A stretch of DNA of 64,000 nucleotides from an uncultured Acidobacteriota bacterium. GTDB taxonomy: Bacteria > Acidobacteriota > Thermoanaerobaculia > Multivoradales > JAHEKO01. A program made the position numbers and the translations under genes. The notes under the pieces are model-generated. The model saw nothing but the letters and a program-made list of their open reading frames with translations. It was not told the origin of the DNA and searched no databases. The DNA lies in assembly GCA_963713825.1 (NCBI GenBank), contig CAVQNG010000003.1:1056001-1120000 (forward strand), read 5' to 3'. Shown here one piece after another: positions 27,355-36,973 of the stretch. Every line of letters starts with the position of its first letter. Positions within the stretch are counted from its first letter, which is position 1.

Positions 27355-28326
27355 GTGACGCATCAACTTCAGAAGTATTTCCTGCCGATAGTTGCCTTGG
27401 CCTTTTGTGCATGTGGTCCCAGTGATCCGTCAGGGGAGTCAGGCTCGGGCACTTCCCCTACGCCCTCAAGCCCCTACGCCCCTACACCCCTGTCCGTCTA
27501 CACCACCAACTACCCCCTCGCCTACTTTGCCGAGCGGATTGGTGGTGAGCAGGTCGAAGTGGTGTTTCCTGCGCCGGCCGATGTGGACCCCGCCTACTGG
27601 GCGCCTGAGCCAGAGGTGATCGCAGAGTTCCAGGAGGCGGACCTCATCCTGCTGAACGGCGCCGGCTACGAGAAGTGGATCGAGAGGGCGAGCCTGCCAG
27701 CGAGCAAGCTCGTCGATACCTCGGCGGCGATGGAGAGCAGCTACATTCCGCTGGATGATGGTGTCGTTCACACGCATGGCCCCGAGGGCGAGCATTCACA
27801 CAAGGGGTGGGCCTTCACGACCTGGCTGGATCCGATGATCGCCATTGCGCAGGCGCAGGCCATTCAGGAAGCGCTTGCCGAGTTGCGCCCGGTGGCTGCG
27901 GAGGACTTCCGGGTCGCTTACGAGGGGCTTCAAGCCGATCTCTTGGTCCTCGATGCACAACTAGGGAATGTCGCTGCCGACCTCGGCGACCGTCCCATCC
28001 TCTTTTCCCATCCTGTCTACCAGTATCTCGATGAGCACCTCGGCTTGAATGGCGAGGCGGTTCACTGGGAGCCTGGCGAGATGCCGACCGAGGAGATGTG
28101 GGGAGCCCTCGCAACCTTGCTGCAGTCACATCCCGCGGAGCTCATGGTCTGGGAAGGGGAGCCGCTCGAGGCGGTGAAGAGTCGCCTGGCGGGATTGGGG
28201 CTCCAGAGCGTGGTCTACAACCCTTGTGGCAACGCGCCTGAGAGCGGCAACTACGGATCGGTGATGCTCCAGAACGTCGCCAACCTGCAGGCGGTTGCTG
28301 GGTCCGACTCTGGAGAGGCGAATTGA
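27355..28326 (+). CDS. Metal ABC substrate-binding lipoprotein (ZnuA/TroA family)
   Basis: Lipobox FCAC; TTNYPLAYFAERIGG, DPAYWAP, LLNGAGYEKW, HTHGPEGEHSH, TWLDP, SHPVYQYL. Confidence 0.9.
   Translation: MTHQLQKYFLPIVALAFCACGPSDPSGESGSGTSPTPSSPYAPTPLSVYTTNYPLAYFAERIGGEQVEVVFPAPADVDPAYWAPEPEVIAEFQEADLILLNGAGYEKWIERASLPASKLVDTSAAMESSYIPLDDGVVHTHGPEGEHSHKGWAFTTWLDPMIAIAQAQAIQEALAELRPVAAEDFRVAYEGLQADLLVLDAQLGNVAADLGDRPILFSHPVYQYLDEHLGLNGEAVHWEPGEMPTEEMWGALATLLQSHPAELMVWEGEPLEAVKSRLAGLGLQSVVYNPCGNAPESGNYGSVMLQNVANLQAVAGSDSGEAN
27455..27494 (+). repeat. Octamer array inside the SBP coding sequence; right arm of the 30-bp inverted repeat
   Basis: CCCCTACGCCCTCAAGCCCCTACGCCCCTA (27455-27484), translated as the linker PTPSSPYAPTPL. 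Confidence 0.9.
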
Positions 28327-28467
28327 AGATTGGCGGTGGCCGGAAGACAAGCAGGCAGCGCCTGAATCGACCGAACATGCCGGTGGGCCTTTCCGCTCGG
28401 CTATTTGGGGGCAGTTATCCTGGCTGCCGGATACTTCTTGCTGCGGTACTGAAGAGCCAGCCGATAC

Positions 28468-28488
28468 CCAGGACCCAGGCCCCGGGAC
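28468..28488 (+). repeat. Degenerate CCAGGAC heptamer array, 3 units
   Basis: ccaggac ccaggcc ccgggac. Confidence 0.65.
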
Positions 28489-28497
28489 TCGATGACG

Positions 28498-29226
28498 CTA
28501 GTCATCGACAAGGAAGTACTGGATCGTCGTCACGACCCGGACCTTCTTGAACTCGGGTGAGAAGCGATCCCGATCCTCGACAGAGAAGTAGCCTTGCTGG
28601 GCGTTGCGGATGGCACCCACTCGACTACCGGAGTCTTCCGCAAACTGCTCGGCAGCACGCCGGGCGTCGCGTGTCGCCTCGGCGATCATCTCTGGCTTGA
28701 TCTGCTCGAGGCCCGTGAACAGAAACGAAGTCTGATACTCGTAGCTCCGAATCAGGGCAACGCCGGCCTTCACCAGATCTCCCGACTGCTGCATGCTGCG
28801 CTTTGCGGCATCGATGTCTCGGGTGCGCAGAGTCATGGTCGTTTCAGCGGCGTAGCGCTGAGGCGGTCGACTTCCGGGCGCGAACGTTTGCAGGTTGTAG
28901 TCGGTGATGCGTGGGACCGAGAGATCGAACTCCTCGGAGGCGAAGTCGGCACTCAGGAACTCGGTGATCTCAGCGGCGCTGCTATCGATTCCCTGTTGTA
29001 GGCTGCCGAGATCGTTGGCCGAGACGGTGAAGACGATCGGCCAAATGGCCAAATCGGCCGGCACTTCCCTCTCAGAGAGGCCTTTGACCGTCACGAAGCG
29101 CTGAGTCGCTCGAGCCTGGAAGAGCCCGTTGCCGATGAAGTAGCCGCCGAGAGCGAGGCCGACGGCCAAGAAAAGGCCGAGCACCACGGCTGGACCCGCA
29201 TCTCTCTTTCCCATTCTCTCTTCCAT
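28498..29226 (-). CDS. SIMPL (DUF541) domain protein
   Basis: RFVTVKGLSEREVPADLAIWP, IKPEMIAEATRDARRAAEQFAEDSG, A.QGYFSV.DRD, KKVRVVTT. Confidence 0.92.
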   Translation of the reverse strand: MEERMGKRDAGPAVVLGLFLAVGLALGGYFIGNGLFQARATQRFVTVKGLSEREVPADLAIWPIVFTVSANDLGSLQQGIDSSAAEITEFLSADFASEEFDLSVPRITDYNLQTFAPGSRPPQRYAAETTMTLRTRDIDAAKRSMQQSGDLVKAGVALIRSYEYQTSFLFTGLEQIKPEMIAEATRDARRAAEQFAEDSGSRVGAIRNAQQGYFSVEDRDRFSPEFKKVRVVTTIQYFLVDD

Positions 29227-29227
29227 C

Positions 29228-30205
29228 TCACTCTCCAGGTTGGCGTGGAGCGAAGAGTAATGTGCCTCCACTACCGTCTTCCTTCTCGAAGCTCAGGGCT
29301 AGTTCGCCAATGAAGAAACCGATCTTGAAGACTCTCTCGAGCCGCTGTCGGTAGCGATCCTCGAGCTCCATGATCTCGGGTGGGCAGGCCATCATGGTGC
29401 CAGCCAATAAACCGACTGTCAGGTCTCCGGGCATCTGACCTTCGGTGACCGAGCCCATGTACTGGTTGCAGCCACTCTTGCCCGCGATGCGATCCTCCTC
29501 GAACAAGAGGGTGATCTCAGGCTCGTCTGGAGCTGGTTCGTTGCGGTCGAGATTGCGCAGCACCCACTCGGGCCCTGCAAACGCGGCAATCGAAAGGCGC
29601 CCGGGCTCGACACCAGATTCCACCGGGTTCAGGGAATTACCCTCGAGCGCCCAGGCCAGGGTTGCCATCTCGCCCGGGCAACAGCCGGCATCTTCAGGAC
29701 CGGCTTGGACGATATCGAGCTCGACCCGGTTGCCGGAGATTCGAGAGTCACGCAGCTGCACCCGATCACCGATCTCGGCCGTGGCGATATTGACAACTTC
29801 CGAGCCCTCACGACCCAGGGCGGCCAAGTAGCTGTAGGTCCCCGAGCCACCCGAGCTTTCCCAAAGCATCACGACTGCCTCTTCCACTCCGTCGCCGTCC
29901 ATGTCGCCGGTCAAGAGAAACTCCTCGATCAGGCCGACTCTCGGAAAGGAGGCGCCCTGCGGCTCGAATGGCTCTCCTTCGTACTTCCCGCCCTGGAGTT
30001 GCACCGGCTCGTCGTAGATGCCATGGATGGTGGTGTTGGCAATCTCATCGAGAGAGGGCGGCCCTTCGGGCTGCGTGCTGGCTGCCATCGTGGCCTCTGC
30101 CTCCTCGTTGGCAGGTGTCGGATTCTGGCCGCAAGAAAGCAACGTGATTGCGAGTGTCGTAAAGATCAGTATGGACAAGAGTCCCAGGATCTGCTTGTTT
30201 TCCAT
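29228..30205 (-). CDS. META (HslJ) domain lipoprotein
   Basis: Lipobox LLSC; GDMDGDG..EA, SGGSGT; W.L...ITL.F...G.SGCNQY, TMMAC. Confidence 0.85.
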   Translation of the reverse strand: MENKQILGLLSILIFTTLAITLLSCGQNPTPANEEAEATMAASTQPEGPPSLDEIANTTIHGIYDEPVQLQGGKYEGEPFEPQGASFPRVGLIEEFLLTGDMDGDGVEEAVVMLWESSGGSGTYSYLAALGREGSEVVNIATAEIGDRVQLRDSRISGNRVELDIVQAGPEDAGCCPGEMATLAWALEGNSLNPVESGVEPGRLSIAAFAGPEWVLRNLDRNEPAPDEPEITLLFEEDRIAGKSGCNQYMGSVTEGQMPGDLTVGLLAGTMMACPPEIMELEDRYRQRLERVFKIGFFIGELALSFEKEDGSGGTLLFAPRQPGE

Positions 30206-30405
30206 AGTGCGTCTCCTTCTCGGAATCGGTCAATTCGCGGACTCCGAAGAGCGGTTTCTATCTTATCCTTGCCGGTATTCCATCTCGGCTCAGGACATGG
30301 GTTCTACGAACATCGAGCCGCCGCTTGAACTGCACATGCGCGCCTGGCCCAGAGATGCGCGAGGTATATTGGTCCAGTGATTCATCACCATATGAGGGGG
30401 TTCCC

Positions 30406-30693
30406 ATGCCGATTGCCGTGAGGTCGAGGTTCGCATTCTGGATCGCCGGGCTCTACCTGGCCGTCGGTCTAGCCGCTTGGACCCTACCGCTGCTCGCCAA
30501 AGCGGGTGAATCTCTGGCCGGCGTCTATGTCGCCATGTTGGCCTTCCCATGGAGCATGGTTCTGTCGCGGTTGATGGATGGCTTCGGAATCGACTCGTTG
30601 GTGTTCACCTTCCTCTTCTTGTTGGTGGGGCTGTTCGTCAACGCGGCTGTCATCTACTACGTTATCGCCTGGGTAACGGGCAAGATCTTCTAG
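30406..30693 (+). CDS. Small hypothetical membrane protein (3 TM)
   Basis: GAGGGG RBS; hydrophobic, LAFPWS motif. Confidence 0.65.
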   Translation: MPIAVRSRFAFWIAGLYLAVGLAAWTLPLLAKAGESLAGVYVAMLAFPWSMVLSRLMDGFGIDSLVFTFLFLLVGLFVNAAVIYYVIAWVTGKIF

Positions 30694-30749
30694 CTGGATC
30701 CAAAGAGAACGACTCTCCCGCCGGGTGCGTTTCTCTGGCCTTCCAGGCG

Positions 30750-31802
30750 CTACTCGGCAGTCTCCTCGGCTGGGTGAGTAGCCATGATGACGAAGTCGGA
30801 ATCCGATTTTGTCTCGGGAGTCGCTGGCCGATCCGTGATCATGAGGGTCGTTCCGGGAACCAGGGAATCATAGATCTGCGATACGAAGAAGGGAGGGATG
30901 TGGACTCGTGAAGCGAGAGCCCCCTCGTCTTCTTCGGCAGGAGCAGTTGCGGCTTCGGTCGAAACGCTCATCCAGCGGTGCATCTTGTGCCCGGGCACCA
31001 AAGGGCTCTCTCGGTCCGAATAGCCCTCCAGGACCGTGTGAATCCCCGATGGAAGAGAGTCGCTGGCGTCGAGGATAATGATCTCGGCGAAACCGATCTC
31101 GATACCGTTACGGTAGACGAAGAGCTTTTCGTCAGCGGTACTCAGCAACAGGCTCATGGGCCCTTCGGTCGAGCGCTCGGGCTCCCATTCGAACTTGGCG
31201 ATTCCCGCAGCCGGCCCTTCCTTTCTCTGCTCGTGCATCATCGGCGACAACAGAATCGCCGGGTGAGCCGCTTCCTCGGGGCCCGAGTGCTCGTCAGCAA
31301 TGACAACGGTGGCACCGAGGTGCTCGATGTCGTAGAGAAGCTGCGAGAACTCCAGTGGCAGATGGATGCAGCCGTGAGACGAGGGATAGCCGGGAAGTCC
31401 TCCGGCATGCAGGCAGATCCCGCTCCAGGTCAAGCGCTCCGTGTAGGGCATCTTGGCCTTGTAGATGCTGGAGACGTGGTCCTTGTCCTTCTGCAGAATC
31501 GTGAAGACTCCGGTCGGAGTCTCATGGCCCGGTTTCCCGGTGCTGACATTCGTGTAGCCGATCAGGATGCCGTTGCGATAGACGTAGGCACGCTGCTGAT
31601 TGAGGCTGACAAGAACCACGATTGGTCCGTTTGGGGCCGCCTCGGGCTCCCATACAAACTCACCTTCGGCCAGGTTTTCGGGTTTCGTGTCGGGTGAGAC
31701 TTGCTGTGCTTCGAGACCAGAGATGACGAGCATCCCTGCTGCAATTCCGAGAACGACAGCGAGGGCAACTGAAAGACGAAAGGACTGGAGTTTTGTAATC
31801 AT
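30750..31802 (-). CDS. L,D-transpeptidase (YkuD family)
   Basis: VSTGKPGHETPTGVFTILQK, LHAGGLPGYPSSHGCIHLP. Confidence 0.92.
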   Translation of the reverse strand: MITKLQSFRLSVALAVVLGIAAGMLVISGLEAQQVSPDTKPENLAEGEFVWEPEAAPNGPIVVLVSLNQQRAYVYRNGILIGYTNVSTGKPGHETPTGVFTILQKDKDHVSSIYKAKMPYTERLTWSGICLHAGGLPGYPSSHGCIHLPLEFSQLLYDIEHLGATVVIADEHSGPEEAAHPAILLSPMMHEQRKEGPAAGIAKFEWEPERSTEGPMSLLLSTADEKLFVYRNGIEIGFAEIIILDASDSLPSGIHTVLEGYSDRESPLVPGHKMHRWMSVSTEAATAPAEEDEGALASRVHIPPFFVSQIYDSLVPGTTLMITDRPATPETKSDSDFVIMATHPAEETAE

Positions 31803-34348
31803 GATTCCGAGTTTTCCTCCGGGTCTTGTTTTGGCTGTGGCTCAGTGTCGGCAGTGAAAGGCACAGGGTCCCCAGCCTCGGAGCGTACGTTGATGTCCCG
31901 CTGTGGGAAGGGGATTTCGATACCGGCCTCTGCAAGAGCTCGATTGACAGCTACGCGTAGCTCACTGGCCACGCTGAGGGCGAGTTCGAAGCGAGCGACC
32001 CAGCATTTGAGTTGAAAATCGAGTGAGCTGTCGCCAAAGCCGGTGAAGACAACCACTGACTCCGGGTCAGCAGAGACATCAGGATGCTGCCGGGCGGTCC
32101 CGAGCAGAATCTCGATGACCTCCTCGGGACTCGAGCCGTAGGCTACGCCGACGTCGATTTCGACGCGCCGGCGCCGATTCGACAAGGTCCAGTTGACGAC
32201 TTGCTTGGAGATCAGGTCACCGTTGGGAACGATAACTTCAGCACCCTGGAATGTGGCCACCGTGCTGGCGCGGATGCCGATTCTGGTGACCTCGCCCATC
32301 AGGCTCTCCACCTCGACGGTGTCACCGACCTGGATCGGGCGCTCGAACAGGAGTATGAGGCCGGAAACGAAATTGTTGACCACGTTTTGCAGGCCGAAGC
32401 CGATGCCGACACCAAAGGCGCCAGCCAGCAGCGTTGCCTTCGACAGATCGAGACCGGCAGCCACCAGGGCGAGTGAAAAGCCGGAAAGCAGAATGACATA
32501 CCGAACGACTGTCGAGATTGCGTAGGGGAGCCCTCGCTGTAGATGAAGCCGCGGTAGGAACTCCTCGTCAAGGAAGAAGCAGACGACTCGCGCAAGCAAG
32601 AAAGACAAGGCGACGATGCCGACAAAGCTCAGCACCTCGCCGAGGGTGATCTCGACGGCTCGGACGCTGACGCCCAAGCCCAGAACCTTCTCGAGTGCGA
32701 GCGGAAGATCATCCTTCAATCCGAAGGCGAAGATCGTCGAGTACAGCCAGGCGAGACCCCCCACAACTGCCAGAAGTCGCCGCACGAATCGCTCGATCGT
32801 TGGGCCGTGAACCTTCACCAAGTTGAGGGACTGTGCAAAGCCCGTCTGAATCCAGGTCATGAACAGGCTGTCGAGCGCGATGAAAAGAGTGATGAACACC
32901 AAGCCGAACCCCAGAGAGCCGGTCACCCCGTCGCGCAGCGCGCGGGCAGTGCCGATCTGACCGATGATGGCTGCCAAGATGCTGATTGCGAGCAGCGCGA
33001 TAGCTGCTTTGATCAGCCAGAGTCGGGCGGGGCGCCACCGTTCTTGAAGGACGGGCAGCCGCAGCCCCCGGACGATGTCGACCGCCAGGGCGGTGCCAAC
33101 CGCCAGGCACTGGCCCAGCAATACCAATCGGTCGAGCAGCGGCGACAGCTCGAAGTAGGGGCGGAGCGGAAACAGAGCCAGGGCTCCGGCAACGATGAGG
33201 ATCGAGGTGCGGAAGGAACCTCCCAGAACTCTGATCGCCAAGGCTGCGGCGGGGAGTGGAAGTAGGAACCGGAGCAGGCGATAGAAGATCTCAGGCGCAG
33301 GAGCCGGGGCTAGCGACAACGTCGCGAAGAGCGCTACGAGCAGGGCCAGTGGCCAACCGGGGGAGATGACTGCGAGGGCGCGCTCGGCAACCGGATCTTC
33401 CGCAGCCAGATGCTCCGCAGGTCGCTTCAATCGCAGCAGGGGCAGCAGGGTGCCCCCAAAGAACCCCACGAAGATCAGAGTCAGTCGAGGGGCGTTGTCA
33501 CGAATGTAGGAGGCCAGGTGACCACCGTCGCTCTGCACCTTAGACAAGAGATGTTGCGGAAGGTCGTCTCCGAGGCTCCCCAGTCGAATTTCCCAGATCG
33601 GCCTCTCGGCCTGCGTGACACTCTGCAATCGCATCTGGCGCCGATAAGCGGCCGCATCCGCGCGGAATGCTGCGATCCGTGAAGTCGAATCCGAAACCTC
33701 GACCAGCAGGCTGAGTACTTCGTTGCGCTGTTCCTCCACCGCGGCACTCAGCTCATCGATCTCGGTGAACGTCTCGTCGATCTGCTGGAGCAATGAGTCG
33801 GGTGCATCACGAGAGGCCGCCGCACGCTGCAGCTGGTTCCATCGTTCGCGGAGCCCATCTAGTTGATTGAGGTCACCCGCGAGGAGCATGGCGAGTCCGT
33901 TCAGGGTGCTCTCGGCTTCATCTAGGTCGTTCGCATAGGTGACTGCGGTGGTATCCAGATACAGCAGGTCCGAGATCTCGGACTGCTGGGCAGACTCGAA
34001 GCCGGCTGCCTCTGGGATCGATGCCAGCTTCTCGTCGATCTGTTCGAAACTGTCGCGAGCGGATTCGAGGGCACTTCGATCCTCGAGGCGGCGACGGATC
34101 TCGCGCACCTGTCCTTCGAATGCGGCTCGGTCGGCCGGAATATCAGCCAGCGAGACAGGAGCTGGAGACTCTGTAGTCGGCTCCACTTCCGTCGATGGAG
34201 CCGGGTCGGGAGGAGGGGCGGCCTCCTGGGCGCCGATCGGCCAGGCGCTACAGCAGAGGATCAGAAAGGCCGCGAGGATCCGACCGAGGGACCCCACCTT
34301 GCATCGAAAGCAGCTGCTCGAGTCATCCACTCTGAAGTTAGGGAGCAT
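31799..34348 (-). CDS. Large MscS/MscK-like mechanosensitive channel
   Basis: Periplasmic coiled coil, many TMs, GVGIGFGLQNVVNNFVSGLILLFERPIQVGD, IVPNGDLIS, GIEIPFPQRD; start uncertain. Confidence 0.88.
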   Translation of the reverse strand: MLPNFRVDDSSSCFRCKVGSLGRILAAFLILCCSAWPIGAQEAAPPPDPAPSTEVEPTTESPAPVSLADIPADRAAFEGQVREIRRRLEDRSALESARDSFEQIDEKLASIPEAAGFESAQQSEISDLLYLDTTAVTYANDLDEAESTLNGLAMLLAGDLNQLDGLRERWNQLQRAAASRDAPDSLLQQIDETFTEIDELSAAVEEQRNEVLSLLVEVSDSTSRIAAFRADAAAYRRQMRLQSVTQAERPIWEIRLGSLGDDLPQHLLSKVQSDGGHLASYIRDNAPRLTLIFVGFFGGTLLPLLRLKRPAEHLAAEDPVAERALAVISPGWPLALLVALFATLSLAPAPAPEIFYRLLRFLLPLPAAALAIRVLGGSFRTSILIVAGALALFPLRPYFELSPLLDRLVLLGQCLAVGTALAVDIVRGLRLPVLQERWRPARLWLIKAAIALLAISILAAIIGQIGTARALRDGVTGSLGFGLVFITLFIALDSLFMTWIQTGFAQSLNLVKVHGPTIERFVRRLLAVVGGLAWLYSTIFAFGLKDDLPLALEKVLGLGVSVRAVEITLGEVLSFVGIVALSFLLARVVCFFLDEEFLPRLHLQRGLPYAISTVVRYVILLSGFSLALVAAGLDLSKATLLAGAFGVGIGFGLQNVVNNFVSGLILLFERPIQVGDTVEVESLMGEVTRIGIRASTVATFQGAEVIVPNGDLISKQVVNWTLSNRRRRVEIDVGVAYGSSPEEVIEILLGTARQHPDVSADPESVVVFTGFGDSSLDFQLKCWVARFELALSVASELRVAVNRALAEAGIEIPFPQRDINVRSEAGDPVPFTADTEPQPKQDPEENSES

Positions 34349-34575
34349 TGGCTGAATCATGGTCGCTATCATCCCGACGGAAATCCCCTCCGACCCCAGG
34401 ACCGCTGATTGGGATGAGGACGCGGAATTCTGCCACAAAATCAATGGCCGTGGAGAACACGGGACGAAGTGAGAGGCGACACGGCACGCCAATCCCGGTT
34501 CAATGTCCGGTGGAGCACCCCCCGGAGTGGATGAGTGCAGTCGGGCTTTGGTCGACCTGTCGCGAGCCGAGTGAC

Positions 34576-35319
34576 TCAGCGAGGGGAAGACGCCGCTGAG
34601 AAGCTATTGTCCCGGGAAGCAGTGCTTTGTCGACAGCCGTTCAAGAATTCGGACTGCTCCTGCCACTGTTGCTCCGGGTGATAGATGAAGAGAAGGCTAC
34701 CGTCCTTGATGGTCTGGATGACTTCGGGAGCGACGTTCTTCTCGAGGGCTGGGCAACCCCAGCTGCGACCGAGCCGGCCGTGCTCTGCGGCGAAGTCCTC
34801 GCTGACGTACCAGGCCCCGTGCATGACGATGGTGCGCTCCAGGGCCTTGTGGTTGATCCCGGGCTCGAGGCCTTCCAACCGCAGAGAAAAGCCGTTGCGG
34901 CCGTAGTAGGTGCCTTCGGTGCGAAACAGACCAAGACTCGACTGACGACTGCCCACCCTGTTGGAGAAGCGGGTAGCGAAATTCTCGCCTGTGTTGACTC
35001 CGTGCGAAACCAACTCTCGGAAGAGGAGCTGCTTGTTGTCGAGATCGAGTACCCAGAGACGTGGCTTTGTCGAAGGAAGGGAGTAGTCGATCACGGTCAG
35101 AATCGAGGTGTCGGCCAGGTCTCGATCCTCAGCGCAATCAGAGGCTTCGAGCGCCATCCGGAGCACCCGTTGATCGATCGAAGGAGCCTCTGCCCGGAGC
35201 TCGGCGAGAAGAGTCTCGACAGTGTCCGCAGCCTGGATGGGAACGGCCAACAGAAAGAGCCTTGAAAAGAACCCGAAGACCCATATTCGTCCTGAGTTTC
35301 TTCGCAGTAGGCTGAGCAT
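34576..35319 (-). CDS. Murein L,D-transpeptidase catalytic domain protein (YkuD_2)
   Basis: VIDYSLPSTKPRLWVLDL, FSN..GS.QSSLG, IVMHGAWYV, LGRSWGCPA. Confidence 0.92.
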   Translation of the reverse strand: MLSLLRRNSGRIWVFGFFSRLFLLAVPIQAADTVETLLAELRAEAPSIDQRVLRMALEASDCAEDRDLADTSILTVIDYSLPSTKPRLWVLDLDNKQLLFRELVSHGVNTGENFATRFSNRVGSRQSSLGLFRTEGTYYGRNGFSLRLEGLEPGINHKALERTIVMHGAWYVSEDFAAEHGRLGRSWGCPALEKNVAPEVIQTIKDGSLLFIYHPEQQWQEQSEFLNGCRQSTASRDNSFSAASSPR

Positions 35320-35575
35320 GGAAATAGTCCTGAACTTGGGCTGCGACGCATCCCTTTCTTTCAGGGTGCTGTCGCCAAACTTGGCAACTCTACCGAATCC
35401 ACCTCTTGGGGCGAAATGACATTTGGCGCCAGGGGATCTACCGTGGGCGCCATTGAGAAGGGCAGGGGGCGTGGCAATCGATGGTTTGCCCCGCCACCCA
35501 GGAATCGGTATATCGTCGGGTCACTGAAGCTACCAGGGGTCGCGGGTCCGGTCCCTTTGTCGAAAGGAGTCGAGA

Positions 35576-36004
35576 ATGTCACGTGGCCTAGCTTTCATCC
35601 TGATCGCCTCGGTCGCCGCGGGATTGTGGTCGATACTTCTCTCCAGGGCCTCCAGGTCGGTGCACCCGGTTGTTGGAACCGGCATCGTCGAAGGCAGCGC
35701 CCTGTTGCTTGTTGCGCTCGTTGTCCTTCGCCAGCGCATCGATATCAAGAGCGCTGTGAGTCTCGAGGGAGTGGCGCTTCTCGTGGTGTGTGGCTTGTGC
35801 GTGTTTGCAGTGGACTACTTCTCTCTACGAGCCTATGAAACTGGTTTGGAGGTCAGTGTCGGGGCCCCGATCATCTCGAGCGGAGCCATCCTGTTGCCGG
35901 CCATCGTCGGCCCCATGCTGGGCGAGAGGATCAGTCCGGCGAAGATTGCCGGTATCGCCCTGATCGGAGCCGGCATCTTCGTTTTGACTCGAATGTCGGC
36001 TTGA
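35576..36004 (+). CDS. EamA/DMT-family small transporter
   Basis: Five TMs; VSVGAPI, LGERISPAKIAGIALI. Confidence 0.8.
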   Translation: MSRGLAFILIASVAAGLWSILLSRASRSVHPVVGTGIVEGSALLLVALVVLRQRIDIKSAVSLEGVALLVVCGLCVFAVDYFSLRAYETGLEVSVGAPIISSGAILLPAIVGPMLGERISPAKIAGIALIGAGIFVLTRMSA

Positions 36005-36031
36005 AGACCATTGCCGATCAAAGGTGTACGC

Positions 36032-36934
36032 ATGGACCAGGAACTAAAGATACTCCTTTACGCGGCAATCGGGCAGCTGTTCTTCGCAGCCCTGGGTATC
36101 CTTTTCGCCTTTCTCACCGACTCCGATGCCATCATGCTCGACGGCTTCTTCTCTCTGATCGGCTTCGGCATGAGCCTGCTGACCATGAGAGTTGCCCGCC
36201 TGGTCAGGCAGCCCGACGACGAGTGGTTTCACTTCGGCTATGCGCGATTCGAGCCGCTGCTCAACCTGCTCAAGGGGATCGTGATTCTGGGCGTCTGCGG
36301 CATCTCTCTGGCCTCGGCGATCCAAGCACTGCTGCACGGAGGGCGGGAGTTGAACCTGGGGCCGGCGGTGATCTACAGCGTTCTGGCTGTCCTTGGAAGC
36401 TTCACGGTGGCGGTACTTCTGGCCCGGGCGGCGAAGAAGTCCGGCTCACCCCTGATCGAAGTGGAGGTTCACACCTGGCGCATCGACGCCATTATGAGCC
36501 TGGGTGTCTTAGCTGCGTTCGCTGCCGCCTTCTTCGTGGACCGCACGCAGTGGTCACATCTGGTGGACTACGTCGACCCCTTGCTGGTGATCGTCCTGGT
36601 GCTCGCCGTCATTTCGACGCCGATCCGCATCGTCTGGGATGGACTTGGAGAACTCCTCGGTGCCGCTCCCAAGGAGTCGGTGCAGCAGGAGGTGGAGGCA
36701 AAATTCAAAGAGCTACTGGTGGGCTACCCAGTCGTGAAGACGGTACTGAGAATGGAAAAGGTGGGGCGGACCTCGTACCTGCTGGCCCATGTAGTCGTCG
36801 AGCCCGATCTCTCCCTGAGTGGTATCGAAGAGTTGGATGAGCTGCGCAGGAAGATCGCCGCCGGGATCCAGGACCTGCACCCCTCATGGATCGTCGACAC
36901 CGTCTTCGTGGCCGACGAATCCCTTGCTGTATAG
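36032..36934 (+). CDS. Cation diffusion facilitator (CDF) transporter
   Basis: SDAIMLDGFFS, FHFGYARFEPL, WRIDAIMS, YVDP. Confidence 0.88.
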   Translation: MDQELKILLYAAIGQLFFAALGILFAFLTDSDAIMLDGFFSLIGFGMSLLTMRVARLVRQPDDEWFHFGYARFEPLLNLLKGIVILGVCGISLASAIQALLHGGRELNLGPAVIYSVLAVLGSFTVAVLLARAAKKSGSPLIEVEVHTWRIDAIMSLGVLAAFAAAFFVDRTQWSHLVDYVDPLLVIVLVLAVISTPIRIVWDGLGELLGAAPKESVQQEVEAKFKELLVGYPVVKTVLRMEKVGRTSYLLAHVVVEPDLSLSGIEELDELRRKIAAGIQDLHPSWIVDTVFVADESLAV

Positions 36935-36973
36935 ACAGAGTCCTCTCAGAAGACTTGCCAATTCGAGGACTGG

